From: Casimicrobiaceae bacterium
GTDB lineage: Bacteria; Pseudomonadota; Gammaproteobacteria; Burkholderiales; Casimicrobiaceae
Assembly (NCBI GenBank): GCA_039935875.1
Contig: JBDTJK010000286.1
Coordinates: 1 to 35,255 of the forward strand
DNA: 35,255 nucleotides
Reading direction: 5' to 3'
The notes below the pieces were generated by a model. It made no database searches. It worked only from the letters and a program-made list of their open reading frames with translations, and was not told the DNA's origin. Position 1 is the first letter of the stretch; every line of letters begins with the position of its first letter. A program made the translations under genes and the position numbers. Positions 34,500 to 35,255 of this stretch are shown here, piece after piece.

Positions 34500-35255
34500 A
34501 TGATCACTGCATTGCATGCCCGCGTCGCTCGCCACGCACTCGTCGTCGTGGCGCTTTGTGCATCGATCGCATCCGCACAAGCCGCTGAACATCGTTTCGA
34601 CCTGCTGCTCGACACCGACAACAATGCCGCGAGCGGTTGCACGGTCTCCGAGCCCACCGGAAGCATCGCCGGCATCGAGCAGAAATTCAGTGTTTACATC
34701 GGCACATCGACGACCGCTGCGGCGGTGCTGCGCATCGGCCGCCAGGTGTGCAATGCCGGGACACTGGGCGCCGAAACCATCGCCGACGCCGGCGGTTGGC
34801 CGGTTGGCCTCGGCCAAGGCAGCGGCGCCACCGCCGCGATCGAAGCCTACGTGACACGCAACCTGTTGCCGGCGACGGGCACGATGCGCGTGGTCACCGC
34901 GAGCAGCAGCGACGGCGAAGGTGACGTCGCGCCAGCCTTCACGCTGGCGCTCGGTGATCCCGCACCTCCGCCCGCCACCGCCGCAACTGTTCCGGTGCCG
35001 CTCGCGCCATGGCTTGCGGGCGCGATCGCGCTGCTGCTCGCGCTCTCCACGCTGGCATGGCATCGCCGCCATCCGCAGCAGACGTCGCTGCTGCTGCTGG
35101 TCGCGCTGTGCAGCGCTTCCGCCATCGTATGGGCGGCGAGCGTCGTGCTCGATGGACGCGTCGACGACTGGGCCGGTGTGAGTGCCAGCGTCACCGACCC
35201 CAAGGGTGACGCGCCGGTCGACACCGACATCGTCGCCGTGTATGCGCAACGCGAT
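34500..35255 (+). CDS. Secreted/surface protein, 5' part (runs off window), with an internal sorting-signal-like segment
   Basis: Not in the ORF track (no stop codon in the window). Open frame MITALHARVARHALVVVALCASIASAQA-AEHRFDLLLDTDNNAASGC...TVPVPLAPWLAGAIALLLALSTLAWHRRHPQQTSLLLLVALCSASAIVWAASVVLDG.VDDW...D.KGDA. Confidence 0.72.
   Translation, partial: MITALHARVARHALVVVALCASIASAQAAEHRFDLLLDTDNNAASGCTVSEPTGSIAGIEQKFSVYIGTSTTAAAVLRIGRQVCNAGTLGAETIADAGGWPVGLGQGSGATAAIEAYVTRNLLPATGTMRVVTASSSDGEGDVAPAFTLALGDPAPPPATAATVPVPLAPWLAGAIALLLALSTLAWHRRHPQQTSLLLLVALCSASAIVWAASVVLDGRVDDWAGVSASVTDPKGDAPVDTDIVAVYAQRD

Noticed and set aside
1-35255. Mobile element, prophage, tRNA or rRNA genes
   Set aside because: No integrase, transposase, phage genes, terminal repeats or recognisable structural RNA genes were seen, and composition looks uniform by eye.

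Overview
High-GC, probably betaproteobacterial chromosomal segment (taxonomy inferred). It is dominated by a complete reverse (oxidative) dissimilatory sulfite reductase cluster, dsrABEFHCMKLJOPN-dsrC-like-dsrR (15.0-27.7 kb). Downstream lie a soluble NarX/NarL-like two-component pair, an HTH-[2Fe-2S]-FNR-like fusion and cysG. Upstream, about 11 kb of accessory genes appear sulfur-linked: a CMD-Rieske fusion; tusA-dsrE2-FadL-like porin-periplasmic SCP2; a 130-aa protein that looks like a single-domain sulfur oxygenase reductase (SOR) with the Cys and 2-His-1-Glu site apparently intact; a DsrS-like gene; and a six-gene Sel1/2OG-oxygenase/S24 operon. Directly divergent from dsrA is a tightly coupled four-gene operon: TauD-like dioxygenase, helical-repeat protein, orphan Cas6 (Cmx6-type) and a cysteine-less DsrC paralogue. 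No CRISPR array or other cas gene is visible in the window. The best candidates for an undescribed system are (i) a Cas6 domesticated into a Dsr regulatory module and (ii) a FadL/SCP2/mini-SOR route for hydrophobic sulfur import and activation. The flanks carry adhC (partial), trxC, a mocA-like gene, an ABC substrate-binding protein, a LysR remnant, an HTH-TolB-TPR protein and a partial secreted protein. All family calls are by eye from motifs and remembered sequences; no searches were run.
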